A stretch of DNA of 64,000 nt from an uncultured delta proteobacterium (GTDB lineage: Bacteria > Myxococcota_A > Polyangia > Polyangiales > Polyangiaceae), in NCBI GenBank assembly GCA_963696385.1, contig CAVOKF010000007.1, forward strand, positions 576,001 through 640,000, read 5' to 3'. Position numbers and translations under genes: made by a program. The notes beneath the pieces were generated by a model. That model worked only from the letters and a program-made list of their open reading frames with translations, was not told where the DNA came from and made no database searches. Positions 11,164 to 22,476 of this stretch are shown here, piece after piece (the first letter of the stretch is position 1; each line of letters begins with the position of its first letter).

Positions 11164-12594
11164 ATGCGATGCCCCCTGTGCGGCGGGGACGTTCTCTTTG
11201 CCGCGCAGTACGTCACGCAATCGACCGTTCGAGCGCCAGCTTTGAGATGCGCGCGATGCGAAGCCCTTCACTTGGACGAGGCGATCGCTCGTTCCGCCGA
11301 CGAACGCGAGTCGGTCCGCATGGCCAAAGCGGAGCGGGCGGCGATGTCCGCAACGAATTCCGAGATTTCAGCGGCCTCGCCGAATTTCCAGAGCAACCCC
11401 TTTCCCTCGGCTTCTTTCGAGACCCTGGCCGACCGCGTGGGCCAGCCCGGCGGCAGGGTGTTGCTGGTGGACGACGAGCAAGCCGTGCGGGCGGTCCATC
11501 AGCAGGTCCTCGCACGCGCGGGCTGGACGGTCATCGCCGAAGGGGACGCGCTCGTCGCGAGACAGCGGGTGGCGCTCGAGAGCTTCGACGTGATCGTGAC
11601 GGATTTGATCATGCCCGGGATGAGCGGCCTCGACCTTCTTCGCGCTGCGCGCGAGTACGATCTCGACGTGCCCGTGGTCATCCTCACCGGGCGTCCGGAC
11701 GTGCAGTCCGCGATGGAGGCCGTGCAGTACGGTGCGTTTCGATACGTCGACAAACCCGTCCTGCCCGCCACGCTGCTCGATGTCGTCGGGCGCGCCCGGG
11801 ATCTCCACATGATGGCTCGGTTCAAGCGCGAGGCTCTGTCGGTGCTCGAGCTTCCGAATCGAGCTCTTGGAGATCGCGCGGGCCTCGAAACGAGGCTGTC
11901 GAGTGCCCTCGACTCGCTGTGGGTCGCCTATCAGCCCATCGTCGCGTTCGGACGCCGCCGGGTCGTCGCGTACGAAGCGCTCGTACGCAACGAAGAGCCG
12001 ACGCTGCGCAGTCCGCTGGATCTGTTCGACGCGGCGGCGCGCCTCGGACGTTTGCACGACGTCGCCCGAAGGATACGGGCGCGGATCGCCGCCGACGCGA
12101 GGGGGCTACCCGACTCCTCGCTCCTCTTCGTCAACGTTCACCCCGAAGATTTGAATGACTTCGACTTGTCTTCCCCCGCGTCGCCCCTCAGCGCGATCGC
12201 GACCCGGGTGGTTCTCGAGCTCACCGAGCGGGCTTCGTTGGACGGTGTGGCGGGGCTCCAGAGCCGCATTGGCAAGCTTCGGGAGCTTGGCTTTCGGGTC
12301 GCGATCGACGACCTCGGCGCAGGCTACGCCGGCCTTTCGAGTTTCACTCTGTTGCAACCCGATTATGTGAAACTCGACGCCTCGTTGATCCGATCCATCG
12401 ACACGTCGCACCAAAAGCGCAGCATCGTTCGGGCCATGATGCAGCTTGCGGCCGGCGATTTGAATTTGCCGGTCATCTCGGAAGGCGTCGAGACGCCCGA
12501 GGAGCGCGATACCCTCGTGGCACTCGGCGGCGATCTGCTGCAGGGCTACCTGTTCGCCCGTCCGAGCCGCGGATTCGTCGACCCGGCGTGGTAG
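11164..12594 (+). CDS. REC-EAL c-di-GMP phosphodiesterase with N-terminal CxxC..CxxC region (start uncertain)
   Basis: CPLC...CARC; REC (VLLVDDE, VTD); YEALVR, IDDLGAG, KLD, EGVE and QGYLF motifs. Confidence 0.88.
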   Translation: MRCPLCGGDVLFAAQYVTQSTVRAPALRCARCEALHLDEAIARSADERESVRMAKAERAAMSATNSEISAASPNFQSNPFPSASFETLADRVGQPGGRVLLVDDEQAVRAVHQQVLARAGWTVIAEGDALVARQRVALESFDVIVTDLIMPGMSGLDLLRAAREYDLDVPVVILTGRPDVQSAMEAVQYGAFRYVDKPVLPATLLDVVGRARDLHMMARFKREALSVLELPNRALGDRAGLETRLSSALDSLWVAYQPIVAFGRRRVVAYEALVRNEEPTLRSPLDLFDAAARLGRLHDVARRIRARIAADARGLPDSSLLFVNVHPEDLNDFDLSSPASPLSAIATRVVLELTERASLDGVAGLQSRIGKLRELGFRVAIDDLGAGYAGLSSFTLLQPDYVKLDASLIRSIDTSHQKRSIVRAMMQLAAGDLNLPVISEGVETPEERDTLVALGGDLLQGYLFARPSRGFVDPAW

Positions 12595-12651
12595 GCGACG
12601 TGCTGGGCAAGCGTCGCGTCACCGGGACCCGGGAGGCAACGAGCGCGCGGG

Positions 12652-13296
12652 TTACCGCTCGGCCGACGTCAAGCCCTCGCGGATCGCATACTTGGTGAGG
12701 TCCGCGATGGTCCGCAGGTTGAGCTTATCCATGATTTGACGTCGATGGCTGTCGACGGTCGACACGGCGATGTGGAGGACGGCGGCGATCTGCTTGGATG
12801 ACTTGCCGTCGGCGATGAGTCGGACGACCTCGCGCTCCCGAACGCTCAGCGGCTTTTCCGATCCGGAGGAGGCGACCGCCCTGCCGTGCAGCGCATGGTC
12901 AACCACAGCTGCCGCGACCGCCGGGCTGAGGTACGTTTCGCCGCGACTGACGGCGCCCAAGGCGGTGAGGAGCTCGGCTGCGGCTGCGTCCTTGAGCAGA
13001 TACCCAGTAGCCCCCGCTTCCAACATGGCCATCACGTAGGACCGATCCGAGTTCATGCTCAACGCGACGACCTGGGTCGCGGGCATCTTTGCTTTGAGCC
13101 GGCGCGTGGCTTCGATGCCGTTGAGCTTGGGCAACGCAATGTCGATGACCACGACATCCGGCTGCGACCGCTCCGCCTCCGCGACGGCCGCATCGCCGTC
13201 GCCCGCTTCTCCGACCACCTGGACTCCAGCCGCCGTAAGCACGGCGCGAAGCCCGTCTCTCAGGATTCTTTGATCGTCAGCCAGCACGACCTTCAC
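12652..13296 (-). CDS. NarL/LuxR-family response regulator
   Basis: REC plus LSVREREV...KQIA HTH. Confidence 0.95.
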   Translation of the reverse strand: MKVVLADDQRILRDGLRAVLTAAGVQVVGEAGDGDAAVAEAERSQPDVVVIDIALPKLNGIEATRRLKAKMPATQVVALSMNSDRSYVMAMLEAGATGYLLKDAAAAELLTALGAVSRGETYLSPAVAAAVVDHALHGRAVASSGSEKPLSVREREVVRLIADGKSSKQIAAVLHIAVSTVDSHRRQIMDKLNLRTIADLTKYAIREGLTSAER

Positions 13297-13609
13297 GGCG
13301 CCCCCGGCTCGTCGTGTCCATCGTTCGTGTCGCTGCGCTGCACCATGGCCGCTTGACCCCCGCTTGCGCGCAAATGTATGCCGTCAATGCGACCTGCGGC
13401 AATTCGGCGCAGCGGCACGGCCCCTGAGGTGCGCCGACTCGCCCGGTCGAGTCCGCTGGCCGCCCAGCGTGGGCCTCCGTTGGCGACGGCGGAGAGAAGC
13501 TCGAAATCCGCATGCTCAGCGGTTTCGGCCCTCTCCGATGGCGGCGTCGATGCGGCGATTGTCGATGGAGGTGCCGACGACCCGCCATGGTTCGCTCAAC
13601 TGGGAGGAC

Positions 13610-14002
13610 TCAAGGAGAACTGCGATGGACCGTGCGCAGGTGCGCACGCAGGGCCTCCGGATCATGGGAGATGAGCTCGGTGTCCAGGACGCCGCCGCTC
13701 ATCGATGTACGGCGGTGCTGCATGGCGACGGTGGCGCCCGCGACCAGTACCGCGCTACCCCGAAAGTTGGGCTGCTGGTTGCTGTACCGCTTGGATTCTT
13801 CAAGGACGTCCGCAACTTCAGGTCGCAACGGCGACAGGTCCGAAATGTCGACCCAAACTCGGTAGTCTTGCCCTCGATAGCCGTCGACGGCTCGATTGTG
13901 AGCCTCCACGAAGGCCTTCACCTCGTTTAGCGTCAGCGCGCCCGAAAGCTTCAGGTGGAGGATGCCGGGCTCCGCATCCGCATCCACACGCCACATGCCC
14001 AT
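13610..14002 (-). CDS. Hypothetical protein, STAS/SEC14-like
   Basis: ~130 aa with alternating alpha/beta pattern (ILHLKLSG...VWVDISDL...SAVLV); TAGAAT just upstream. Confidence 0.55.
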   Translation of the reverse strand: MGMWRVDADAEPGILHLKLSGALTLNEVKAFVEAHNRAVDGYRGQDYRVWVDISDLSPLRPEVADVLEESKRYSNQQPNFRGSAVLVAGATVAMQHRRTSMSGGVLDTELISHDPEALRAHLRTVHRSSP

Positions 14003-14035
14003 GGTCTCCCATTCTAACACGAAAAGCTGCCGGCT

Positions 14036-14062
14036 GACCCCAACCCCGACCCCGACCCCGAC
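14036..14062. repeat. (GACCCC)n hexamer microsatellite, 4 C4 tracts
   Basis: gacccc aacccc gacccc gacccc gac in a divergent intergenic region. Confidence 0.8.
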
Positions 14063-14172
14063 TTCCGGCCAAGCGGAAGTCGAAGGCGCGCGAACCGGAC
14101 ACTGCGGTAAGCTCGGGTCGTCCGCGTGTTCAGCCGGACGTGTTACCGACAAGCCGACGGAGAGGACCGCCC

Positions 14173-15156
14173 GTGAACATCGCTCAATCGTGGAAGATCG
14201 GCGGCGTGATCGCCACGATCGCGTCGGTTGTCATGGCGAGCGCGGGCTGCGATCGGGGCGGCGCCGGGCCATCCCACGGGGTGAAGCTCGCGTTCGTGAC
14301 CAACAATGCGAGCGAGTTCTGGAAGATCGCCGCAGCGGGCGTGCGCAAGTACGAGGGCGAGCACAAGGTCCAGGTCGACGTGCGAATGCCATCCACCGGC
14401 ACCCCGGAAGAGCAAAATCAGATTCTCGAAAATCTCGCGAGCCAGGGGTATGACGGGATCGCGGTCAGTGCGATTGCGCCCGACGACCAGGTCCCCGTGC
14501 TCAACAGGGTGGCCGCGAAGACCAAGCTCATCACGTTCGACTCGGATGCGCCCAAGTCCGCCCGGTTGCTCTACATCGGCACGAACAACTACGAGGCGGG
14601 CAAGGTGCTGGGCGCCGAGATCGTCAAGCTCGTTCCGAACGGCGGAAAGATGGCGGTTTTCGTGGGGACCTTATCGGCAGACAACGCCACCCAGCGTCTG
14701 AAAGGGATCCGAGACGCCATTGCCGGCCACCGCATCGAGATTGTCGACAAGCGCGAAGACAACACCGACCGGGCCAAGGCGCGATCGAATGTCGAAGATA
14801 TCATCAATGCGCACAGCGACTTGAATCTCGTCGCGGGACTTTGGTCCTACAACGGCCCGGCCATCGCAGCGGCCCTCGAAGCTCTGGGCAAAAAAGGCAC
14901 GATTCTTGCCGCGGTGTTCGACGAGGAGGAGGGAACGCTCAACGCGATTGCCAACGGCACGATTCAGGTGACGGTCGTGCAGAAGCCTTTTCAATTCGGA
15001 TTTCTATCGAGCCAGTGGCTTTTCGACCTGGCCACCGGTGGACAGGCTGCCAAGGCCGCCCTTGCGTCGAGCGGCTTCGTCGACACCGGCGTGGAAGTCA
15101 TCACCCAGGCGAACGTCGCGCGATTCAAGCAGCAGCTCGCCGAATTGAAGAAATGA
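14173..15156 (+). CDS. Sugar ABC transporter substrate-binding lipoprotein (RbsB-like)
   Basis: SAGC lipobox; ITFDSD and YIGTNNY motifs; first gene of the ABC operon. Confidence 0.9.
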   Translation: MNIAQSWKIGGVIATIASVVMASAGCDRGGAGPSHGVKLAFVTNNASEFWKIAAAGVRKYEGEHKVQVDVRMPSTGTPEEQNQILENLASQGYDGIAVSAIAPDDQVPVLNRVAAKTKLITFDSDAPKSARLLYIGTNNYEAGKVLGAEIVKLVPNGGKMAVFVGTLSADNATQRLKGIRDAIAGHRIEIVDKREDNTDRAKARSNVEDIINAHSDLNLVAGLWSYNGPAIAAALEALGKKGTILAAVFDEEEGTLNAIANGTIQVTVVQKPFQFGFLSSQWLFDLATGGQAAKAALASSGFVDTGVEVITQANVARFKQQLAELKK

Positions 15157-15228
15157 TTTCGAAGGCGGCCACGAGGCAAGACGTCGGATGGGCGTGTCGC
15201 GCCGGATGTTGCGAATCTCTCCGGGGTC

Positions 15229-16767
15229 ATGAGTACGAGTAGTCCAGGGCCGCCTCTGCTCGCGATGCGAGGGATCACCAAACGTTTCCCGGGGGTGACC
15301 GCGCTCGACGACGTGTCGATCTCGCTCGCCGCAGGCGAGGTTCTGGCACTGATGGGCGAGAACGGCGCCGGCAAGAGCACGCTGATGCGGATTCTCGGTG
15401 GGGTCTATCCGCCCGACCAGGGGGAGATCTCGATCGACGGCGATCCCGTCATCCTTTCGAGCGTTCGTGAAGCCAAACGACGCGGTATCGCGCTGATCCA
15501 TCAGGAGTCCATGCTCGCGCCGAATCTCGATCTTGCCGCGAACATTTTTCTCGGCAATGAGCGGTCGAGCGGTCCGTGTCTGCTCGCCCCCTTGCGACGC
15601 GCCGAAATGAACGCCCAAGCGGAGGCCCTGCTGCGCCGGGTCGGGCTCAACCTCGCTGCGACCACTCCGGCGTCGTCGCTGACTGCCGGGCGAAGGCAGA
15701 TGATCGAGATCGCGAAGGCGCTGTCGAATCGCGCGCGCATCCTCATCATGGACGAGCCGACCTCGTCGCTCACGGCCGGCGAATCGGAACAGCTGTTCGC
15801 GATCGTCGGTCAACTCCGGACCGAAGGCATCGCCGTGATCTACATCTCGCACCGAATGGCCGAGGTGCTCGACATCGCGGACCGCATCACGGTGCTGCGC
15901 GACGGCCGGTGCGTGGGAGATCTGCAGCGCAACGAGGCGACTTACGACGCGATCGTGACGCGAATGGTCGGCCGGGAGCTCTCTCGGCAGTATTTCCCCG
16001 CAAAGAGCGGGCGCGTGTCCGGCGAGGCGGCGCTCGAGGTGAAGGATCTCCTCGTTCCGGGCGCCCCGCAGGGGGTGAGCTTCACGGCGTTGCGCGGCGA
16101 GATCCTGGGGTTCGCCGGATTGGTCGGGGCCGGTCGCACCGAGCTCGCAGAAGTTCTCTTCGGTGTGACGCGGGCGCTCTCCGGAACGATGACGCTCGAG
16201 GGTCGACCGTTTTCGCCTCTCAGCCCAGGCGACGCGATTGCGCGGGGCGTGTACCTCGCGCCCGAGGATCGGAAGCGCCACGGGCTGGTGCTGCCCATGT
16301 CGGTGGCGCAAAACACCTCGCTGCCCGACGTCGCACGGTACACCCGGTGGGGCCTCATCGACCGGGCGAAAGAGAGGAGAGTCGCCGAAGCGGCCGTCGG
16401 GCGGCTCCAGATCAAGACGCCCAGCATCCATCACAAGGTGATCACCCTGTCGGGCGGCAATCAACAGAAAGTCGTGCTCGGCAAGTGGCTGGCCATGAGC
16501 CCCCGAGTCCTCATCCTGGACGAGCCCACGCGGGGGATCGACGTCGGCGCGAAGGCCGAAATCTACCGCCACATCGCCGCACTCGCCCACGAGGGGATGA
16601 CCATCCTGATGGTGAGTTCCGACATGGAAGAAATTCTTGGGATGAGCGATCGGGTCGTCGTCATGCACGAGCGCCGGATTCGCGGTGTCCTCACGCGGGA
16701 CGGCCTTACGGCCGAGCGGATCGCGGCGATCATGACCGGTGGGACCGACGGGGACCGAGCCGCATGA
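15229..16767 (+). CDS. Sugar ABC transporter ATP-binding protein (RbsA/MglA-like)
   Basis: GENGAGKST, MDEPT, LSGGNQQK and LDEPTRGIDVGAK motifs. Confidence 0.95.
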   Translation: MSTSSPGPPLLAMRGITKRFPGVTALDDVSISLAAGEVLALMGENGAGKSTLMRILGGVYPPDQGEISIDGDPVILSSVREAKRRGIALIHQESMLAPNLDLAANIFLGNERSSGPCLLAPLRRAEMNAQAEALLRRVGLNLAATTPASSLTAGRRQMIEIAKALSNRARILIMDEPTSSLTAGESEQLFAIVGQLRTEGIAVIYISHRMAEVLDIADRITVLRDGRCVGDLQRNEATYDAIVTRMVGRELSRQYFPAKSGRVSGEAALEVKDLLVPGAPQGVSFTALRGEILGFAGLVGAGRTELAEVLFGVTRALSGTMTLEGRPFSPLSPGDAIARGVYLAPEDRKRHGLVLPMSVAQNTSLPDVARYTRWGLIDRAKERRVAEAAVGRLQIKTPSIHHKVITLSGGNQQKVVLGKWLAMSPRVLILDEPTRGIDVGAKAEIYRHIAALAHEGMTILMVSSDMEEILGMSDRVVVMHERRIRGVLTRDGLTAERIAAIMTGGTDGDRAA

Positions 16768-17840
16768 GACGGGAATGGGGCATGTCCGTCGCGCTCTTGG
16801 TGATGTGCGCAGGGCTGTGGATCTCCAATCCGGATTTTGTCGGACCATCGAACGCGATCAATACGGCGCGACAGATCTCGATGCTCGGCATCTACGCCAT
16901 CGGCATCGGTTTCGTCATCGTCGCGGGCGGTATCGACTTGTCGATCGGCTCGGTGATCGGCCTGACGGGCGTGTTGATCGCTAAGATTTCGTCGACCCAG
17001 ACCGGCGGAATGGGTCAGCCCCTCTGGGCCGGCATCGCCGTCGGGCTCTTCGTGGCGGTGCTCATCGGTCTCGGGCAAGGGATTCTCATCACACGGCTGA
17101 AGCTCCAGCCATTCATCGTGACGTTGGGAGGAATGCTCCTCGTTCGTGGCGTATCCCAGACCGTGGTCCAAGGCGGGACGGTCAGCCTGGCCGGTTCGCC
17201 CCTTTTGGGTCTCGCCGACGGCGGGCTCTTCTCGTTCGACGGCAACCCGCTCGTCCCCTACCCCCTCGTCCTCTTTCTCGTAGTGATTGGAATCGCCACG
17301 TACCTCTTGCATTTTTCGGTATTTGGCCGCTACGTGTACGCGATTGGCGGCAATCGCGAAGCGGCCGAATACTCCGGCATCCGCGTGCGAACCGTGGAAA
17401 CGCTGACGTACGTGATCTCGTCCGGATTGGGGGGTGTCGCCGGCGTTTGCTATGCCGCTTACATCGGGCAGATGTCCCAACAAGTCGGCATCTCGTACGA
17501 GCTCTACGCCATCGCGGCCGCCGTCCTGGGCGGTTGTTCGTTGCGTGGCGGCGAAGGAACCGTGCTCGGCATCGTCATCGGCTCCGCGATCATGCGCGTC
17601 ATCGACAATGGCATCAACATGTTCCAGGTACGGTATCGGGACCCGAGCGGAACCCCCCGCATCTGGCGCCTCGATTCGAACTGGACGTTCGTCATTATCG
17701 GCTCGGTCATCTTGGTTGCCGTGATCTTGGATCAGGTCGTCCACATCGTGCAGGCCGCCAGCCGGACGCGACAGGCCGGTTCCGCGGCGACGTCGGGGGT
17801 GCCGCCGGGCGATGGCACCGACGTCGCACCTCCCTGCTAA
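16764..17840 (+). CDS. Sugar ABC transporter permease (RbsC-like)
   Basis: ATGA overlap with the ATPase; GGIDLSIG, GRYVYAIGGNREAA and YELYAIAAAVLGG motifs. Confidence 0.93.
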   Translation: MRREWGMSVALLVMCAGLWISNPDFVGPSNAINTARQISMLGIYAIGIGFVIVAGGIDLSIGSVIGLTGVLIAKISSTQTGGMGQPLWAGIAVGLFVAVLIGLGQGILITRLKLQPFIVTLGGMLLVRGVSQTVVQGGTVSLAGSPLLGLADGGLFSFDGNPLVPYPLVLFLVVIGIATYLLHFSVFGRYVYAIGGNREAAEYSGIRVRTVETLTYVISSGLGGVAGVCYAAYIGQMSQQVGISYELYAIAAAVLGGCSLRGGEGTVLGIVIGSAIMRVIDNGINMFQVRYRDPSGTPRIWRLDSNWTFVIIGSVILVAVILDQVVHIVQAASRTRQAGSAATSGVPPGDGTDVAPPC

Positions 17841-17900
17841 AGGCGGGCGTCGAATTGCGCCGTCACCCGAAGCCGCGCGGGGTCGGGCGGCCCCTTGTGG

Positions 17901-18922
17901 CTATCGAGTCGCGCGAAGACGGCTCGCGGCCATCTCCGGCGTAAGATCCCGCTGAGGTTCGGCGAGCATTTCGTAGCCGACCATGTACTTTTTGACCGTC
18001 GCCGAGCGAAGCAACGGCGGAAACACGTGCGCGTGCAGTTGCCAGTGGTCGCATGACCCGGGCGCAAATGGAGCGCCGTGCCAGCCCATCGAATACGGAA
18101 ACGGAACCCCGAAGAGGCGGTCGTATTTTCCCAGAAGATCCCGCAGCAGCGCCGCCAGGCGCGACCGCTCGATCGGTCGGACTTCCGGCAGGCGGGCGAT
18201 CGGCCGCCTCGGAACGATGAGCGTCTCGTAGGGCCAGACGGCCCAATAGGGGACGACGGCCAGCCAATCGACATTGGCGTACACTGTACGCCGATCGATC
18301 TCGATCTCTCGGGCGGCGTAGTCGACGAGCAGCGGCGCGTGCCGCCGTTCGAAGTAAGCGCGCTGGCGAGCGTCCTCTTTGGCGGCCTCGTTCGGCAGGC
18401 TGGTCGACGCCCAGATTTGACCGTGCGGGTGCGGATTGGAGCAGCCCATCGCCGAGCCCTTGTTCTCGAAGATCTGGACCCAGCGGTAGCGCTCGCCGAG
18501 CGCCTCGGTCTCGTTCGCCCAAGCATCGATGACATGCCCAAGGGCCCGTTCGTCCATGTCGGCCAACGCGAGGTCGTGCCGCGGCGAAAAGCACACCACC
18601 CGGCAGACTCCGCACACGCCGTCGGCGACGAAGATCGGGTCATCGTCGGTAGGCCGATCGGGCGCCCGAGCCAACAGCGCGCTGAAGTCGTTGTCGAACA
18701 CGAAGGTCCGCTCGTAAGCGGGGTTGATGCTCCCGCTGGCGCGGCGATTGCCCGGGCAGAGGGTACAACCGGGGTCGTACGAGACGCGAGCCTCGGGCGG
18801 CCGAGCGTCGACCTGACCGAGCCAGGGCCTTTCGGCACGGTGTGGACAGACCAGCACCCACTCGCCCGTCAGCGCGTTCAGCCGTCGATGAGGGTACTGG
18901 TCGAAATCGGGTCGAGCGAGGA

Positions 18923-18926
<4 letters not shown>
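17901..18926 (-). CDS. galT: Galactose-1-phosphate uridylyltransferase
   Basis: HRRLNALTGEW, FENKGSAMGCSNPHPHGQ and PYSMGWH motifs. Confidence 0.96.
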
Positions 18927-20128
<1,202 letters not shown>

Positions 20129-20263
20129 GGTCGGGCGAGCGTACCCCATCGCGCGCCCGGATGCGGCGTAGCCCGGTTGCGCCGCTCGGCCGCCGGTCGT
20201 CGCGACGCCGCCGGGTCGCTCTGGCGCACCGTAGCGAACGCGGTATGTCACCGACGAAGGCCC

Positions 20264-21940
20264 ATGGACGCCGCGCGCGCATGGGGCGATCAGGGCGACG
20301 GAACCTTCCGGAACCCGATCTTGCCCGCCGACTACAGCGACCCCGACGCGATCCGGGTCGGCAGGGACTACTATCTCATCTCGTCGACCTTTCATCTGGC
20401 CCCGGGCATGGTCGTGCTTCACTCGCTCGACCTCGTGAACTGGTCGACGATTGGCTACGCGGTTCCCGATCTTCGGGCCATCGGCCCCGAGCTCAACTGG
20501 GACCGCATGAACCGTTACAACTACGGCATTTATGCCGGATCGATCCGGCACCATGCCGGCAAGTTCTGGGTGTACTTCACGGCATATTGGGGCGAAGGCT
20601 TCTTCGTCAGCACGGCGCACGACCCCGCTGGCCCGTGGGAGGTTTCGCAGCTTCTCGACGGCAAGGGTCGGCCCTTGCGGGTCATGAAGTGGGACGACCC
20701 GTGCCCCTTCTGGGATGACGACGGCCGGGCCTATCTGGCCGCAAGCAAGGTCGGAGGTGCCTGGTACCCCCACCTCTTTCAAATGAGCCCGGACGGTACT
20801 CGCCTCCTCGACGCCGACGTCGACGCGATGAACCGCGAGGGCCCGCAGTCGACTGGCGAAGGGACGGTCATCTATCGCAACGATACGAGCGAAGCGAGCA
20901 AGATTTACAAGATCGGGGACTACTACTATCTCTTTCACAACGAAGTCGTCGACGGTACCCGCGTCGGCATGATGAAGCGCGCGCGCCACCTCTTCGGAAC
21001 GCACGCCGACGGGTCGCGCGGCGAGCCTGGCAATCCAGGAGCCTACGAAGTCAGGCAGATCCTCCGCGGCCGCGGGGGTCCCGACGACCGAGAGCCGAAC
21101 CAGGGGGCCTTGGTGCAGGCCGAAAGCGGCCTCTGGTACTTTCTGACCCACGAAGGCAAGGGCGGGTATCCCGACGGCCGGCCGCTGTCGCTGCTTCCCG
21201 TCACCTGGATCGACGATTGGCCCATCCCTGGTATCGGACCGGATCGCGACGGGATCGGGGGTCTCGTGCCCGGAGCCGCCATGCCAGCAACCGGACACCC
21301 GAGGAAGATGCCGCAAGGGAGCGACGATTTCGACGGGCCCATTCTTTCCGCCCAGTGGCAATGGAACTACCAGCCCCGCGACGGATTCTGGTCCTTGACC
21401 GAGCGACCCGGTCACCTCCGGCTGCGGGCCTGTCGCCCGCTCGATCCGGGCGACTTCTTCAAAGCCGCCAATACCGTGTCGCAGAGGACGTTCGGCGCCG
21501 AGTGGGTGGTCCTCACGACGCGCATGGACCTCGGAGGGATGAGCCGCGGCCAATGCGCGGGGATCGTGCACTTCAACGGCGGACTCGACCATGCCCGCCT
21601 CAGCGTGGTGTGTCACGGCGACACACGTGCGGTCGTCTACCAAGACGGGCAGACTGTCGAGAGCGGTATCCACCTCGAGCGCTCGCAACAGACGATCTGG
21701 CTGCGCTCTCGGGTCGAGCGCGACGCCAAGACCACGTTCGAGTTCAGCCTCGATGGAGACCGTTTCACCGCCCTCGGCCCGGCTTACCTTCTGAGGTGGG
21801 GCAATTACCGCGGCGACTCGGTCGGCCTTTACACCTACAACGACCTCGAGGATCGCGGATACGTCGATATCGACTGGTTTCGCTACTCGGTCGCGAGCGG
21901 GCGGGCGAAGGACGGTAGTCGGCGTTCTCCTTGTGGGTAG
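20264..21940 (+). CDS. Glycoside hydrolase family 43 (beta-xylosidase/arabinofuranosidase-like) with C-terminal beta-sandwich
   Basis: FRNPILPADYSDPD, HSLDLVNW, DDPCPFWDDDG and SDDFDG...WQWN motifs. Confidence 0.9.
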   Translation: MDAARAWGDQGDGTFRNPILPADYSDPDAIRVGRDYYLISSTFHLAPGMVVLHSLDLVNWSTIGYAVPDLRAIGPELNWDRMNRYNYGIYAGSIRHHAGKFWVYFTAYWGEGFFVSTAHDPAGPWEVSQLLDGKGRPLRVMKWDDPCPFWDDDGRAYLAASKVGGAWYPHLFQMSPDGTRLLDADVDAMNREGPQSTGEGTVIYRNDTSEASKIYKIGDYYYLFHNEVVDGTRVGMMKRARHLFGTHADGSRGEPGNPGAYEVRQILRGRGGPDDREPNQGALVQAESGLWYFLTHEGKGGYPDGRPLSLLPVTWIDDWPIPGIGPDRDGIGGLVPGAAMPATGHPRKMPQGSDDFDGPILSAQWQWNYQPRDGFWSLTERPGHLRLRACRPLDPGDFFKAANTVSQRTFGAEWVVLTTRMDLGGMSRGQCAGIVHFNGGLDHARLSVVCHGDTRAVVYQDGQTVESGIHLERSQQTIWLRSRVERDAKTTFEFSLDGDRFTALGPAYLLRWGNYRGDSVGLYTYNDLEDRGYVDIDWFRYSVASGRAKDGSRRSPCG

Positions 21941-22476
21941 GTGACGGGGTGATGGACACCCGTTGCGATGGCGGACAGCCAGCTCTTCCGACGCAGCCCT
22001 ACGGCGACCCACCCCGTCCGAGGGGGGTCTTGGCGATCGGCGCAGGGAGTGGCTAAGGTTTCCGTATGGGCCACCTTGCACGAAGCGCCGCGTGGTTTCC
22101 GGCGCCTCCTGGTTCCGCATTCTGTCGGTGGTGCGGCCACGTCGTGACCGCCCCCGGAGCCACCCTTCCGCGGCTCGCGCTTACCCCGCTGCCGTGGGCT
22201 CGCCAGCGCTGCGCGGATTCGGAGTGCGAGTCCGATGCCCTGCTCGAACCGGATGGATCGGTCGTCCCCGCGAGTGGAACGTTTCCGACGCGCAAAGCGT
22301 GAACCTGGACCCCCATCGCAGCGAGACCCTCGATGCGATAGGGCGGCAACGGGCGCTCGACGCACGCCCCGCCAACGACGGTTGACTTTCGACCCCGGGC
22401 GCGACCTCGACGCGGGCGAAAGCGCGTTAGGTTGGAACGTGGCGATCGATCCGCGCGGATTCGTTAGGTTGGCATC

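Noticed and set aside
20129..22120. Apparent 1065-aa GalK fusion
   Set aside because: The extension is the antisense of GH43; GalK homology starts near 20128
21941..22476. Long intergenic regions (also 10640-11160, 13300-13600, 32772-33300) as ncRNA or small ORFs
   Set aside because: Only generic GC-rich hairpins; nothing supportable without an Rfam search
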